Source: a virus
DNA length: 64,000 bases
IMG/VR virus record: IMGVR_UViG_3300020473_000016
Reading direction: 5' to 3' (one strand)
The position numbers and the translations under genes were made by a program. Positions 27,887-39,500 of the stretch are shown piece after piece. Positions within the stretch are counted from its first letter, which is position 1. Each line of letters opens with the position of its first letter. Below the pieces are notes generated by a model that saw nothing but the letters and a program-made list of their open reading frames with translations, was not told the DNA's origin and did not search any database.

Positions 27887-30800
27887 TTATTTCTTGGTAA
27901 TGTTGGATACGATAGTTACCTTAACAGTATGTGTGTTAGTAACAGCAGATGCTAGACTAAAGTTTAATCTAACTTTGTTTTGTGCAGTATATTCAAAAGT
28001 AGAATCAATTAATTTACCGCTAGTTTGTAGATTACCATATTCAGAATGGTAAACATTTGCTCCATCATCAGTAACACCAAATTCAACAAATTCCTTATGA
28101 TTAGTATTGGTATTTTCAGCAACTATAACAACCTTTGCACCTTTTTCTGTTGCAACTTCATAAATGTCAGTGTTACCAACGTTAATTGATCCCTTGACCA
28201 TTTGTACTACATCGGTTTTGATCTTTGCATCTGCAAGTTCAAAGTCCTTAAGATCACTATCAAAGATCTTAACCCCATTATAGTTACCTGTACCAAATCC
28301 AGTATTTAGATAAACATCACCAAGATAATCAAGTCTAAGAACTGGTTCAGTGTAGATACCACTAGCAACACCAATATCAAAGTTTTGCTTACTGGTGTAT
28401 AAGAATGTCTTAGCTGCCTGAGTATTATCTAGGGTAGTTGCAGCACTATCAAATGTCATCATAGATGCTGTAATTTCAAACTCATCAGAAGTCTGACTTC
28501 TAATAGTATCTACAGCATAGAAATCTAATGCACTAGTAGTGAGTCGCATAGACTCAGAACCATCATTATAGAAGAATAAAGTATTCTCATTAGATCCAGC
28601 AGATAGTTCTGGAATAATATATGTATTCTGATCAACGTCTCTTACACCACCCAAAGAACCCCAGTTAGTTCCATCATAACCTTCGTACTGTGAAGTAGTA
28701 GTGTTATAACGTAGAGATCCTTGAACTGGTGTACCTCTTTCTGCTGTAGTTCCAGAAGGAACAGCAAAGGTTGTATTTGTATTAACAACAACTTTCTTAC
28801 CAGCATTAGGTTGAATGATTAAATCATTAGTATCTGTAGAAATTTTATTACCAGAGAATCTAAGATCATCATTGATACTAAGAGCAGTTGTACTGTTATT
28901 AGGACCAATCTTAACGAGGTTAATATCTTCAAAGGTTAAATCAGCCACCGCCAATCTATCCCATAACATAACAGTAGTACCGTTTGCCAAACTACCAGAT
29001 GTATGAGTTGGTTCGTTACCTGAAGTAGCAGATGTACCAGCAGTTGTTACCTTATAAAGGTTGTTCTTATACTTAACATAATCATCAACCGCATATGGAG
29101 TATTAGCAGCCCATTCTGTAAATGCAGGTGCAGTAGTATTAATTGAACGTAATTTCTTAGTATTAACAAACTCTACGTAATTTGGAGAAATACGAATAGA
29201 GTTAACATTATCGTTAATGAACCAGTGAGTGTTATCATTAGCACCAACTGTTTCTTCTGCCAATAGATATGTGTTTCCATCAAGGTCTCTTACACCTCCA
29301 AGAGATGCCCAAGATGTTGTGTTTTGATTATAACCCTCATAAGAATTAGAATCAGTGTTGTATCTAATACAACCATTCTTAACAATACCTGCTGTTGGTC
29401 TAGCCGCTGTATCACCAGAAGGAACTGCAAGAGCAGTAACAGCAGATGCATCAACAATCCTTCCTGTATCAGGTACTAGTTTAATATCATAACCAGCAAG
29501 AGAATTAATAGATGAATCGGCAGCAAGAATTTTAAGATTATCACCAGCTCTTATATCAGGTGAGTTGAAGAAACCACTAATAGTAGTATCTCCAGAATCA
29601 ACTATAGTACTCCAAGTAGTTCCAAATTTAACATTCTTAGATGTTAGAGTAATATCATGAGAAGCAGGATCATCAACTGCAATTGTTATTGGAGTTGCAG
29701 AAGTAATTGATGGAATAGCAGCAGTGGTTAATGTTGCAGCATCAGAACTTAAGGTGTTTATAATACCTGTTACAATAGTACCTGTTGTACTTTGTAAATC
29801 TACAGCATTGAAAGAACCTGTTAATACATCACCCTTAATAATTTCTTGTACAACAACATCAGTAACTTGTAATTGGAATCCACTACCAAATGTCTTAGGG
29901 TTAGTTGTATTAATTGTAATTTGTGCTTCGTCATTATCTAAACCACCTTCATTAGCATGTGAAGCTTGTTCAGTAGCACAATAGTAGTAAAGAGTTGGGG
30001 TAGTTTCTGTTACCTTAATAGTTAAACTATTTCCCTCTCTTGTTACACCAGTGGTATATTCAGCACCATATATGTTAAGAACAACAGCACCAGCAGTTGT
30101 TGGACTTTCACTAAGAGTTAATTGTGTACCACTATCAACAGAAGCAACAACAGTTGTAGAAGGAATAATACCATCACCACTAACTTTAGTGACAACCATG
30201 CCTTCCAAAATTCCACTAGTAGAAGCAACAGTTATTTGTTTCGTTGTAGTTGCTACAGTTGTAGATATATTTTCAAATCTGCTAGGACCCCACTGACCAT
30301 CTCTAAACTTCGATAGAGAGAATACGTGACCACCTAAAGTTCCTGAACTTAAATCAAACTTATAACTGTTACCAGCATAGAATACTGCATCAGGTTTATA
30401 TTGAACACCATTTCCATCTCCTTTATCAATATAGAAACGATATTCATCTTCAACTGTAGAAAGTTTGTCACCTGTAGTTGGATTACCAACATCTTTTACA
30501 AGATAATCACCAGCTTCAATTGATAATTTATCACAAATTATCTTCTGTATGAATCCACCATTAGCAACAATTTTTCTAATAACAACAGCACTCTGAGCAT
30601 TACCAACGCTACTAACTGTTAATACAATATTATCAGCAGGAGCTGCACCACCAACTAGGTTACCAGCAATAGTTATAGTATCATTTGCTGCGTAAAAACT
30701 ACCAGGAGAAGATGTAGATATTACAGCAGATAGTACTGCTCCAGAATTATTACGACTAACATCGAAGGTAGCATCAACACCATTTCCACTACTTGTAGAT

Positions 30801-33343
30801 GCAACACCAGTATAATTTCCATCAGAAGCAGCCGCTACCGTTGTGGATGTTGTAATTGTTGTAGCAACAACAGATCCACCAGCATCTCTGATATTATCTC
30901 CTACAGAATATGCTGAATCTGCAATATTATTAGCAGTTGGTGTTAGTACAGAAACTTCTCCATTAGTTACAGTATAAGTTTCTGGTTGAACAAGATCGAA
31001 TGCAGAAACCTGTAGTATATCTCCTATAGTATATCCATTACCTCCATCAGCAACACTAACTGAACTAATAACACCCAATTTATCAATGGTATATGCAAAT
31101 CCACTACCAGCACCAAATTCAGGTTCAAAGTTAACAACTATTGGACCTGGTGCAGATGGTTGAATTGACAACGTTAATTCTGTAGCACTATTGATAGCGT
31201 TAACAGTAGTTCCAGTAATTAGTACACCTGTACCACTTACCTTATTAACAATCATACCTTGTACAATTCCAGCAGTACTAGGAACAGTAATTCGTGATTG
31301 ATTCTGGTTTGTAACTTTAATATCAGCAGCACCTGGAGTTGGTGGAGCAATACTTAAAGTAAATTGAGTTCCACTGTCAACAGAAGCAATAACAGTACCT
31401 GCTGCTACTTGACCTGGATTATTAATATTTGGAACAATGTCAACAGTATCACCAACCATAACTCCTGTTGTATCAGCAACAGTAATCTGTGGGTTGCCTG
31501 GTTCAACTGTTTGAACGGAAATAGTTAAGTCGTTATTTGGACTAACACCACCAACTAAGTTACCTGCAACAACAAGTTGATCTGATGGAGAATATCCTGA
31601 ACCAATATTGGTAACTGTTACAGCATTATATGATGCATTACCTCCAGCATACAAAACTTCAACACTAACAACAGCACCACTACCAGCACCTCCAGTAGGA
31701 CTTATGTTTGTAAATGTTTGAGTTGATGTTCCTGCTGCAATACCACTCCATGTAAGAGTCTGTATACCAGCGTTAGAAACGAAGTTAACACCTGTAAAGT
31801 CTAATTCACCTCTAGTAATAGTAGACACGTTTGTAACCGCTGCTGGAAGCGTTAGAACGTCTCCTCCAGTGTATCCGCTACCGTAGTTGGGAATATTATC
31901 AAGAGTTTGGACAGCACCCATTGTTGCACCGCCCAATGTGTATACAAATCCAGAACCTGTTACACCAGCACCAACAGCACTTGCATTCATCAAATCTGTA
32001 GCTGTTACACCACAAGCATCACCAGAAGTATAGTTTTCACCAGAATTAGTAATATTAACTTCACTAATTTTACCTGGAACCTTTGTAATAACATATTGGA
32101 ATCCAGAACCATTAGATGCATCAGTTAAAGTAACACCTCCTCCCATATTATTATGGAGAGAACAACTAACATAAAGATTATCTGTTACAGGAGCAGCAGG
32201 AACCGCCCAAGTTATTTGTCTAGTCGTAGCAGTTGTAAAATTAGCAAGCCAATCTGTTGTAGATACATTAGAACCATCTAATGTGTATGTAATTCCATCT
32301 GTACTAATACTCGCAGCATCATCCTGTGTTGTAGAGAAGAATAATGGGTGACCAGCAGCAGTACTATCATTCAAATCGAAGACATATGTCTTACCTTTTA
32401 ATAAATTGAAATTATCAATTTGAGATCCATCAAGATAATATTTGCCACTAGCAGCTTTTACTACAAATGTTTGTGTGCCAGCAACATCAATCGTAGCAGA
32501 AATTGTATCGTTTACTGCAAATCCTGTACCAGATACCCAGACACTTGCTCCAACTCCCCCAGTGAAATCCTGAATAGCACCATTTTGTACAACTAAGTTA
32601 ACAAGACCATTTGTACCACTACCACCTGTTACAGGAATACTTCTCCAAGTACCATTTGGATAGTTTGAACCAGCAGTTAATGTACCCTCAATACCATCAA
32701 CTACAAATGTTCCTGTTAAGTTTGTACCACTACCACCTGTGATAGAAATATTACTGTAAGTACCAGGTGTATAGTTATCACCACCATTTGTTATAGAACC
32801 TGATACTTCAGGAATAGTAAAGTCGAATAATGCTCCACTACCAGTTCCACCAATTAATGCTATGTTCTGATAAACACCAGGAGTATATCCAGATCCCTGA
32901 TTGGTTATTGCTCCACTAAATCCATCAACTTCAATACTTAATAATCCACCGTCACCAGTACCACCTAAAGCAGGAACACTAGCATACGTACCACCATCAT
33001 AGTTTTCACCTGGTGTAAGAATAGAAACAAACAGACTATCAAGACTATTCTTCTCAATAACAAAATTTCGATAATACTTTGTCGAAACAGCAGATAGATC
33101 TGCTATTTTTTTACTGGCATGGGCAAAACCAAATACTCCAGCAGAAGGTCTATAGACACCTAACTGAGTGTCATTTGTAAAAGCTAAAGAAGGAGCTGCG
33201 ACAGTTCCATCTCCTAATCTCAGTAGTCCTGTTGAGAGGTTTGACCCTCCTGAAGTAACAGAAAATATCTGAGAACTGATTGTATTAATTTTTTGCCTTT
33301 GACTCTCAAAGGTGTCGGTTCTCGCTACATTAATTGCTGGCAT
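27887..33343 (-). CDS. Large virion structural protein (baseplate / tail-fibre connector-like, 1818 aa)
   Basis: N-terminus INVARTDTFESQRQKIN, GxGY repeats, two IRYNT..YEGY..WxSLGGVRD repeats, cupredoxin-like and CBM-like inserts. Confidence 0.75.
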   Translation of the reverse strand: MPAINVARTDTFESQRQKINTISSQIFSVTSGGSNLSTGLLRLGDGTVAAPSLAFTNDTQLGVYRPSAGVFGFAHASKKIADLSAVSTKYYRNFVIEKNSLDSLFVSILTPGENYDGGTYASVPALGGTGDGGLLSIEVDGFSGAITNQGSGYTPGVYQNIALIGGTGSGALFDFTIPEVSGSITNGGDNYTPGTYSNISITGGSGTNLTGTFVVDGIEGTLTAGSNYPNGTWRSIPVTGGSGTNGLVNLVVQNGAIQDFTGGVGASVWVSGTGFAVNDTISATIDVAGTQTFVVKAASGKYYLDGSQIDNFNLLKGKTYVFDLNDSTAAGHPLFFSTTQDDAASISTDGITYTLDGSNVSTTDWLANFTTATTRQITWAVPAAPVTDNLYVSCSLHNNMGGGVTLTDASNGSGFQYVITKVPGKISEVNITNSGENYTSGDACGVTATDLMNASAVGAGVTGSGFVYTLGGATMGAVQTLDNIPNYGSGYTGGDVLTLPAAVTNVSTITRGELDFTGVNFVSNAGIQTLTWSGIAAGTSTQTFTNISPTGGAGSGAVVSVEVLYAGGNASYNAVTVTNIGSGYSPSDQLVVAGNLVGGVSPNNDLTISVQTVEPGNPQITVADTTGVMVGDTVDIVPNINNPGQVAAGTVIASVDSGTQFTLSIAPPTPGAADIKVTNQNQSRITVPSTAGIVQGMIVNKVSGTGVLITGTTVNAINSATELTLSIQPSAPGPIVVNFEPEFGAGSGFAYTIDKLGVISSVSVADGGNGYTIGDILQVSAFDLVQPETYTVTNGEVSVLTPTANNIADSAYSVGDNIRDAGGSVVATTITTSTTVAAASDGNYTGVASTSSGNGVDATFDVSRNNSGAVLSAVISTSSPGSFYAANDTITIAGNLVGGAAPADNIVLTVSSVGNAQSAVVIRKIVANGGFIQKIICDKLSIEAGDYLVKDVGNPTTGDKLSTVEDEYRFYIDKGDGNGVQYKPDAVFYAGNSYKFDLSSGTLGGHVFSLSKFRDGQWGPSRFENISTTVATTTKQITVASTSGILEGMVVTKVSGDGIIPSTTVVASVDSGTQLTLSESPTTAGAVVLNIYGAEYTTGVTREGNSLTIKVTETTPTLYYYCATEQASHANEGGLDNDEAQITINTTNPKTFGSGFQLQVTDVVVQEIIKGDVLTGSFNAVDLQSTTGTIVTGIINTLSSDAATLTTAAIPSITSATPITIAVDDPASHDITLTSKNVKFGTTWSTIVDSGDTTISGFFNSPDIRAGDNLKILAADSSINSLAGYDIKLVPDTGRIVDASAVTALAVPSGDTAARPTAGIVKNGCIRYNTDSNSYEGYNQNTTSWASLGGVRDLDGNTYLLAEETVGANDNTHWFINDNVNSIRISPNYVEFVNTKKLRSINTTAPAFTEWAANTPYAVDDYVKYKNNLYKVTTAGTSATSGNEPTHTSGSLANGTTVMLWDRLAVADLTFEDINLVKIGPNNSTTALSINDDLRFSGNKISTDTNDLIIQPNAGKKVVVNTNTTFAVPSGTTAERGTPVQGSLRYNTTTSQYEGYDGTNWGSLGGVRDVDQNTYIIPELSAGSNENTLFFYNDGSESMRLTTSALDFYAVDTIRSQTSDEFEITASMMTFDSAATTLDNTQAAKTFLYTSKQNFDIGVASGIYTEPVLRLDYLGDVYLNTGFGTGNYNGVKIFDSDLKDFELADAKIKTDVVQMVKGSINVGNTDIYEVATEKGAKVVIVAENTNTNHKEFVEFGVTDDGANVYHSEYGNLQTSGKLIDSTFEYTAQNKVRLNFSLASAVTNTHTVKVTIVSNITKK

Positions 33344-33536
33344 TTGATACTAACTCTCGCAACAGGGATTTGATCTCAAGAATTTCTTCTTTCAACTTAT
33401 TTATGTCTTCAAACGCGGAATTGAAGTTCCGCGTTTTACGTCTTGCCTCTATAGCAGAACTGTCACGATTCAAGATAGCACCTGTGTTTTGGTCTCTTAC
33501 AAGACCGTCATGACCACTTACCTTAAGATAATCCAT
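33330..33536 (-). CDS. Small hypothetical protein
   Basis: MDYLKVSGHDGLVRDQNTGAILN with a C-terminal coiled coil; lies between two giant structural genes. Confidence 0.75.
   Translation of the reverse strand: MDYLKVSGHDGLVRDQNTGAILNRDSSAIEARRKTRNFNSAFEDINKLKEEILEIKSLLRELVSNASN
33398..33404 (-). promoter_or_regulatory. Putative late promoter (ATAAATA)
   Basis: About 55 nt upstream of the ATG at 33343, inside the upstream small gene. Confidence 0.45.
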
Positions 33537-33545
33537 TCGCGGAGT

Positions 33546-36500
33546 TTAGAATGATGCTACTGCCCTAAGATCCTGAATCTTAGACACATATGCTGGATCA
33601 ACAGATTTCATTACAACTTTAACAGCAAATGAAGAGAATTCAGCAATGTCTGAAGCACTGTAACTTAGTTCTTGATAAGAAGATTGTTTCTCTACAACAC
33701 CAGATATTGTATTCTCACTAGTAGCAACTTCACTCTGATCTGGTACACCTGTACCATTGAAATACTGCCAATCAATATCTTCAAAGTTTTCTTGACTTGA
33801 TGCCTTCTTAGTTCTATAAAGAACTTCAACATTTGAAATATCTTTAACATTAACTGTCAATTTAACATTGACATTTGTTGCTGGATTACTAATTCCAATT
33901 TCCTTAGTAACATACTTAGCAATAGATGATCCATTCTTAGAAGTATTCTCAGGAATGAAATCTAAACCATTAGTATAACTCACTTTACCAACTTCTAAGT
34001 AATATGCTTCATCATCTACTTGATTTGGATATTTAATTATATCTCCAACACGGAATATATCAGGAGTCTGACTAGCAATAGTTGCATTTCTATTATAATC
34101 AGCACTATCTATTATTCTAGCAGTAAAGTTATCATTGATTGGTTGTGTATCAGTTCTTACAGTAAGTTCCTTACTATTAGAATCCCACTGTTGACTTGTA
34201 CCAAGTATACCGTAACTTGGACTATCATATACCTCAGTTATAACACTAGGATTACGTGCAACTATAGTTGCTTCATCAGCAATAGATGTAATAACTTCTT
34301 GAGGATAAGAATTAACTGTAACAGTATTATTATCTGTCACTGTACTCTGAACACTTAAACGAATACGTTCTCCTTTCTGGAAATACTGACTAGTTTTAAC
34401 TCTTACAACTACTTCACTTGAATTTACTGCTGCAATAGTACCAGATGCTTTTGAAGAATCACCTGTAATTGTTTGATTACTTGTTATAGCAGTACCGCCA
34501 TTACCAGTAAGATTGAATTTGTATATTGGATAGAATTCTAGTATCTGATCTTTTCTACCAAACCTATCTTCTTTACCACTTCCATTTTCAACTCTATTAG
34601 AAACTGTCTTAACAGATGAAGATGAAAGATCCACAACTGGACTCAAATGAGACACAGTAGACGTAAGAAGTAATTTATAAGTTAAAGATTCACTCAAACT
34701 ATTCATTGTTTCATTAATCTTAGAAGCAATAAACTTCTGATTTGTGAAATAATGTGGTTCATTTAAGAATGTCTTCTCATAATCACTAGATCTTGAATAT
34801 GAAACATAGTTAGTTGTACTAGAATCAACTGGAACTACATTAGTTGTTTTAACAGATGTTTCTATTTTAGTTCCACCTGTAGTTAAATATTGAACTTGTG
34901 GATATAGTATCTCATACTTTCTATTATGAGATGCATAAGTAGTAGTTCCACCACCTATAGCGTTACCTGATGCTTGAGAAGCACTAGTAATAGTGTAACT
35001 ATCAACACCTCCATTATCTGTTTGGAATAAATTAGTGTTAAGATTATCTGCGGTAATACCTGCTACTTCTGTTGCAGACCTATAGAATACATATGATTTT
35101 CCAGTATCTTCAAAACCATTATCTCTGTGATTAACTTTGATAATCTTATTGTTATTCTTGAATAACTTAGAAGTTGCTGAAGTTGCAGCACTAGCATTAG
35201 TTTCAAATGGATTTTCACTTAGTAGTGTATATCCTAGATTACCATTCTTAAGTAACAATTCTGCTGGTCTAGTAATAATAAACTCAGCACGATATAACTT
35301 AAACTTAAGATCTTCAAATATATCTTCTGTCCAGTTATCTACGTTTTGTGATTTATATACAGAACCTAATGATGGTTGAGAAGTAATAACTGTACTTGTA
35401 GAAACATCAGTATCACCTAATTTAGATGCCCATAATTCATAATCTATTGAATCTGTTTCAATTGCAATAGCATACTCAGTATCATTTTCTAGATATACTG
35501 GATAGTCAAATGCAAAGTATGTTGGAGTTGTTGAATTAGTAACACCAGTCTGATCTGTTGCTACACCCATTCTTACAGCAGGAGTATCTATTTCAATAGC
35601 AGTTACTATTTCACATCCACCTGCTCCATTACCAATACCTTTAACAACAACTGATGGTGCTTCAGTATATCCATAACCTGGAAGTAGTACTTCTGTATTA
35701 TAGACTTTACCTCCTGATACAAATATGCTTGCAGTAGCAGTAGATCCACCAGGTAATTGAGGACTCTCAATAGTTAATAAAGCACTATCATAATTTTGAC
35801 CAACGGCAGTTACCTTAATATCAGATAACTTACCACTATCCTTAGCAATAGTTAATTTCAATTCAGTAGCATTAGTATTATTTGCTAATGTAACTGAAGG
35901 TATAGTTAAATCTTCATTCTGTTTGAATGCTTTACCATTATGATTACTAAGAACAAGAGTATAACATTGCTCATTAGTTAATGTGTATACACCAGATGCA
36001 GTTGCAACTAGATCAACACCATTTCTATCAATAACTTTCTGAATTGGACCACTAGCAGAAGAACTTGCACCAGTTGCACTTTCTCCTTTAGTAACACTAA
36101 CATTTCCATTAGTATAAACTTTAAGATATGTACTAGGTGCTAAAACTTTTTCTGTTCCAGGAACAACATTCTTTCCTGGTTTATCACTATCAACATTACT
36201 TACATAAACTTTAACTGGAATATCATTACTCTTCTTACTGAAGTATAAATCAGCACCAGTTACAAATACACCACCATCAAAGTTCTCAACTTTAAATGTC
36301 TGAGCAAGAGGATTGGGTCTTACTGGATTATCTGTATTATTGTCTATTATTTGAACACCTTCATTTGCTTTGAAGTATGCTGGTCTAGTAGAGACAATAC
36401 TTGATGGATTCTCTGGAAGAATACCAGTTGCATAGTACTTAACTTCTGCATATGTATCAACAGTTGACTTATCAGCATCAATATCACTAGATGTAAATCT

Positions 36501-39500
36501 AAATGTCTTGATACCAGTTGTTACACGAATCTCTTCTGCAACAGTATCATAAGATACAGTATCAACATCACCACTCCAAGTTGCATTCTCTCTTGGTGGT
36601 TGTCCAGCAGGAAGTAAAATTATACCACTAGCATTACCATTATTGTCTGTAATAACATCTCCATTAAATGCAGATGGTGAGTTACCAGCAGTACCAGTAA
36701 ATCTAAGGTCAGGGTTAACCCAACGATTAACATTTCTACCTTCTAAGAAAACATTAATCTTAGTATTTGGTTTTAATCTATTAACAACAAACTTAATTGC
36801 TTGACTTCTAGCAAAGAACTGAAGTGCAGTAGATACAATCTTTCCATCAACAGTCTTAGTTTGAATACCCTTACCAACTTCATTATTCTGAGGACTTACA
36901 TTAGAAGAACTTGCAACAGATGCTGAATCAACAGAAGCAGCAGCTTGTTGTGAAGCAACCTCACCTAATGAATTAATAGCAGTAAATGATGGTGATGTTC
37001 CAACCCAGTTACATACAAATGAATTGTATAGACTAGAGAAACTCTCACTAACATGATCCTTAGCAAGGAATATACTATAAAGATTAGTATTTGTATCAAC
37101 AACTAATGGTTCGATACTCTGATCATACCATTGATCTATTGCTGGAGAAATAACACTATCTCCAACATATTGAAGAACAACAAATGGATTTGGATTTATT
37201 GTCTTAGATGCAAAATCATTTCCTAATAAAGATAATGATGTATATGGAAGTGTAATAATATCACCAGACTTCTTATAACCAGAAACTGCTCTCTGATCTT
37301 CTCTTGAGTTAACCTCTTCTAAAGATACAGAATCTTCTTTGGATTGTGGACGTAATACTGACTGTTGACTATCTATAGCACACTGATAATCTAAAGATGT
37401 TAAATTACCTAATCCATGTGTTTCAAAATTATCAACAAAGAATCCACTCTTAAATCTATCAAGTCCTATTTCATCCTTGATCTGCATATTTAATGCTTGT
37501 TGCTCAAGAATGCTTAGTGTTGTATAGAACTCTAATCTCTCAACACGCTTCTCCAACTTACCAATATCACGCATTGTATAACGCTTGTTATCAACAGGAG
37601 TTATTCTTACATCTTTAGTTGTCTTAGTATATGCAGGAATATAAGCATAGAATAGAGGAACCGCATCTGCAATAGGATCTGGTTTAGATGGGTTGAGTGA
37701 AGAGTTACCTTGCTTGATAACAAACTCACCTTTTTTATTAAGGAATATACCATCAATACGATCTAAGTATTGAACAGTACTAAATGAGAATGTAAATTCT
37801 AAATTACTATCTGGAGCAGGAGTAGATGTAACAACAGCACCAGCACCAGAGAATGCTCCACTAGTATCTGCTAGAGAAGATACATCCTGATAACCAGCAA
37901 TAATAGTAGTACTATCTACTTTAGGTCTAAAATCAAGTACGTTCTTAAGTTCAACCATTCCATGAACATTAGAATCGAAAGTAGGTATCTCATCTTCAGG
38001 AACACCTGCTTCATGTAGATAACTATCAATAGTACAGAAGTCACCTTGTGATTGTTCAAAATAATCGAAACCAATTACTAATTGTCCTGTTGTTGCTTGT
38101 GCTCCTGGTTTAATAACGATTCTAGAAACGTCGTAAACCGTATCTCTTTGACCATTGTCGAAGGTAAACCTGTTAGTAACGTCAGTACCAACAATAAGAT
38201 TACCAGCACTATCGACTTCAGGCGGTTGTGATGAAGTTCCTTCATAAACATATCTTAGTTTATATGCATCTGCATAAGATAGAATTTCAATTACCTCAGT
38301 ATCATAGTCAGTTCCTCTGAAAGGAATAACACGATCACCAGATGAAGCAACAATAATTCTCTTATTGCTAACTGATGTCTTTAGTCTAGGCTTAGCATTG
38401 CTAACTTCAAGAGTAGCAGTTAGTTTTAATTTAGGGAATGTTCCATAATTATTTGGATCTCCACCAAAATAATTCGCTGCTAATTGTAATGTAATACTAC
38501 CAGATGTCAAACCACTAGCAGTATCAGTAGCAGAAGTAATTTCTACACTATCAGGTGGAAGATATATAATATCTCCAGCAGCAATATCTGGAGCACCACC
38601 TGGATCTAGTACAGTTACTATATAATTTTCTTCACTGTATGAAACAAACCTTTGTGTACCAAATGGCAACTGTGCAGCAAAAGTAATTAAACCACCACCA
38701 GTAGATGTCTCTGCAACAAAATCTCTACGGAAGAAATATTTAATCTTAGTATCATTACCACCAGCAGAAATTTTCTGTACTTGCTTACTACCAGTAGGAT
38801 ATATTAATGTACCAGCAGCAGTGTTACCTACTTTAGGACGTAACCTAACAATATTTGTATTATTTACATCTGCTGGAAGAACAGTATCTAGATATACTCT
38901 AGTTTTAGCAGCACCTTTTGGTTCAGTTGCATATTGAACTATTGCACGAACTAAAGCATTGTTACTATCAGAGAATTGAACTATATCTCCTTGTTGTAAA
39001 TCTTTTGAAGCATCTGCACTAAAACTAGTGGATTCAATAAAATTGGATCCGTTGCTACCAAAGAATGTATATTCTGTTACATCTTTAATATCTGAGAAGG
39101 ATCTATCATCAACCACAACATCAGCACTAAATTTATTAGCACCACCAGATCCATACTGACAACCAACAGACTTAACATTCTGTGGTGTATAAGTTGTTAC
39201 AGCATTTCTTACAAGTACAGGAACAACAGCAGCAGCGTCACCTGGATCAGATCCTGGTCCATTCTTAACTGTGACTGCTGGAGGTTGAGCATATGTTACA
39301 TTTAATCCAGTTCTATTGATAATATCACAAGAATAGATCTTACCATCATTATCCTTAGATATAGTAATAACAGAGTTATCGTAATCAACACCATTAATTG
39401 TTAATTCAGAATCATCATTATAACCAAGACCTCTCTTCTGAACTACAAAATGAGAGATAGTATTATCTTTAGCAATCTTTATTGTATTTCCTGCTTCATC

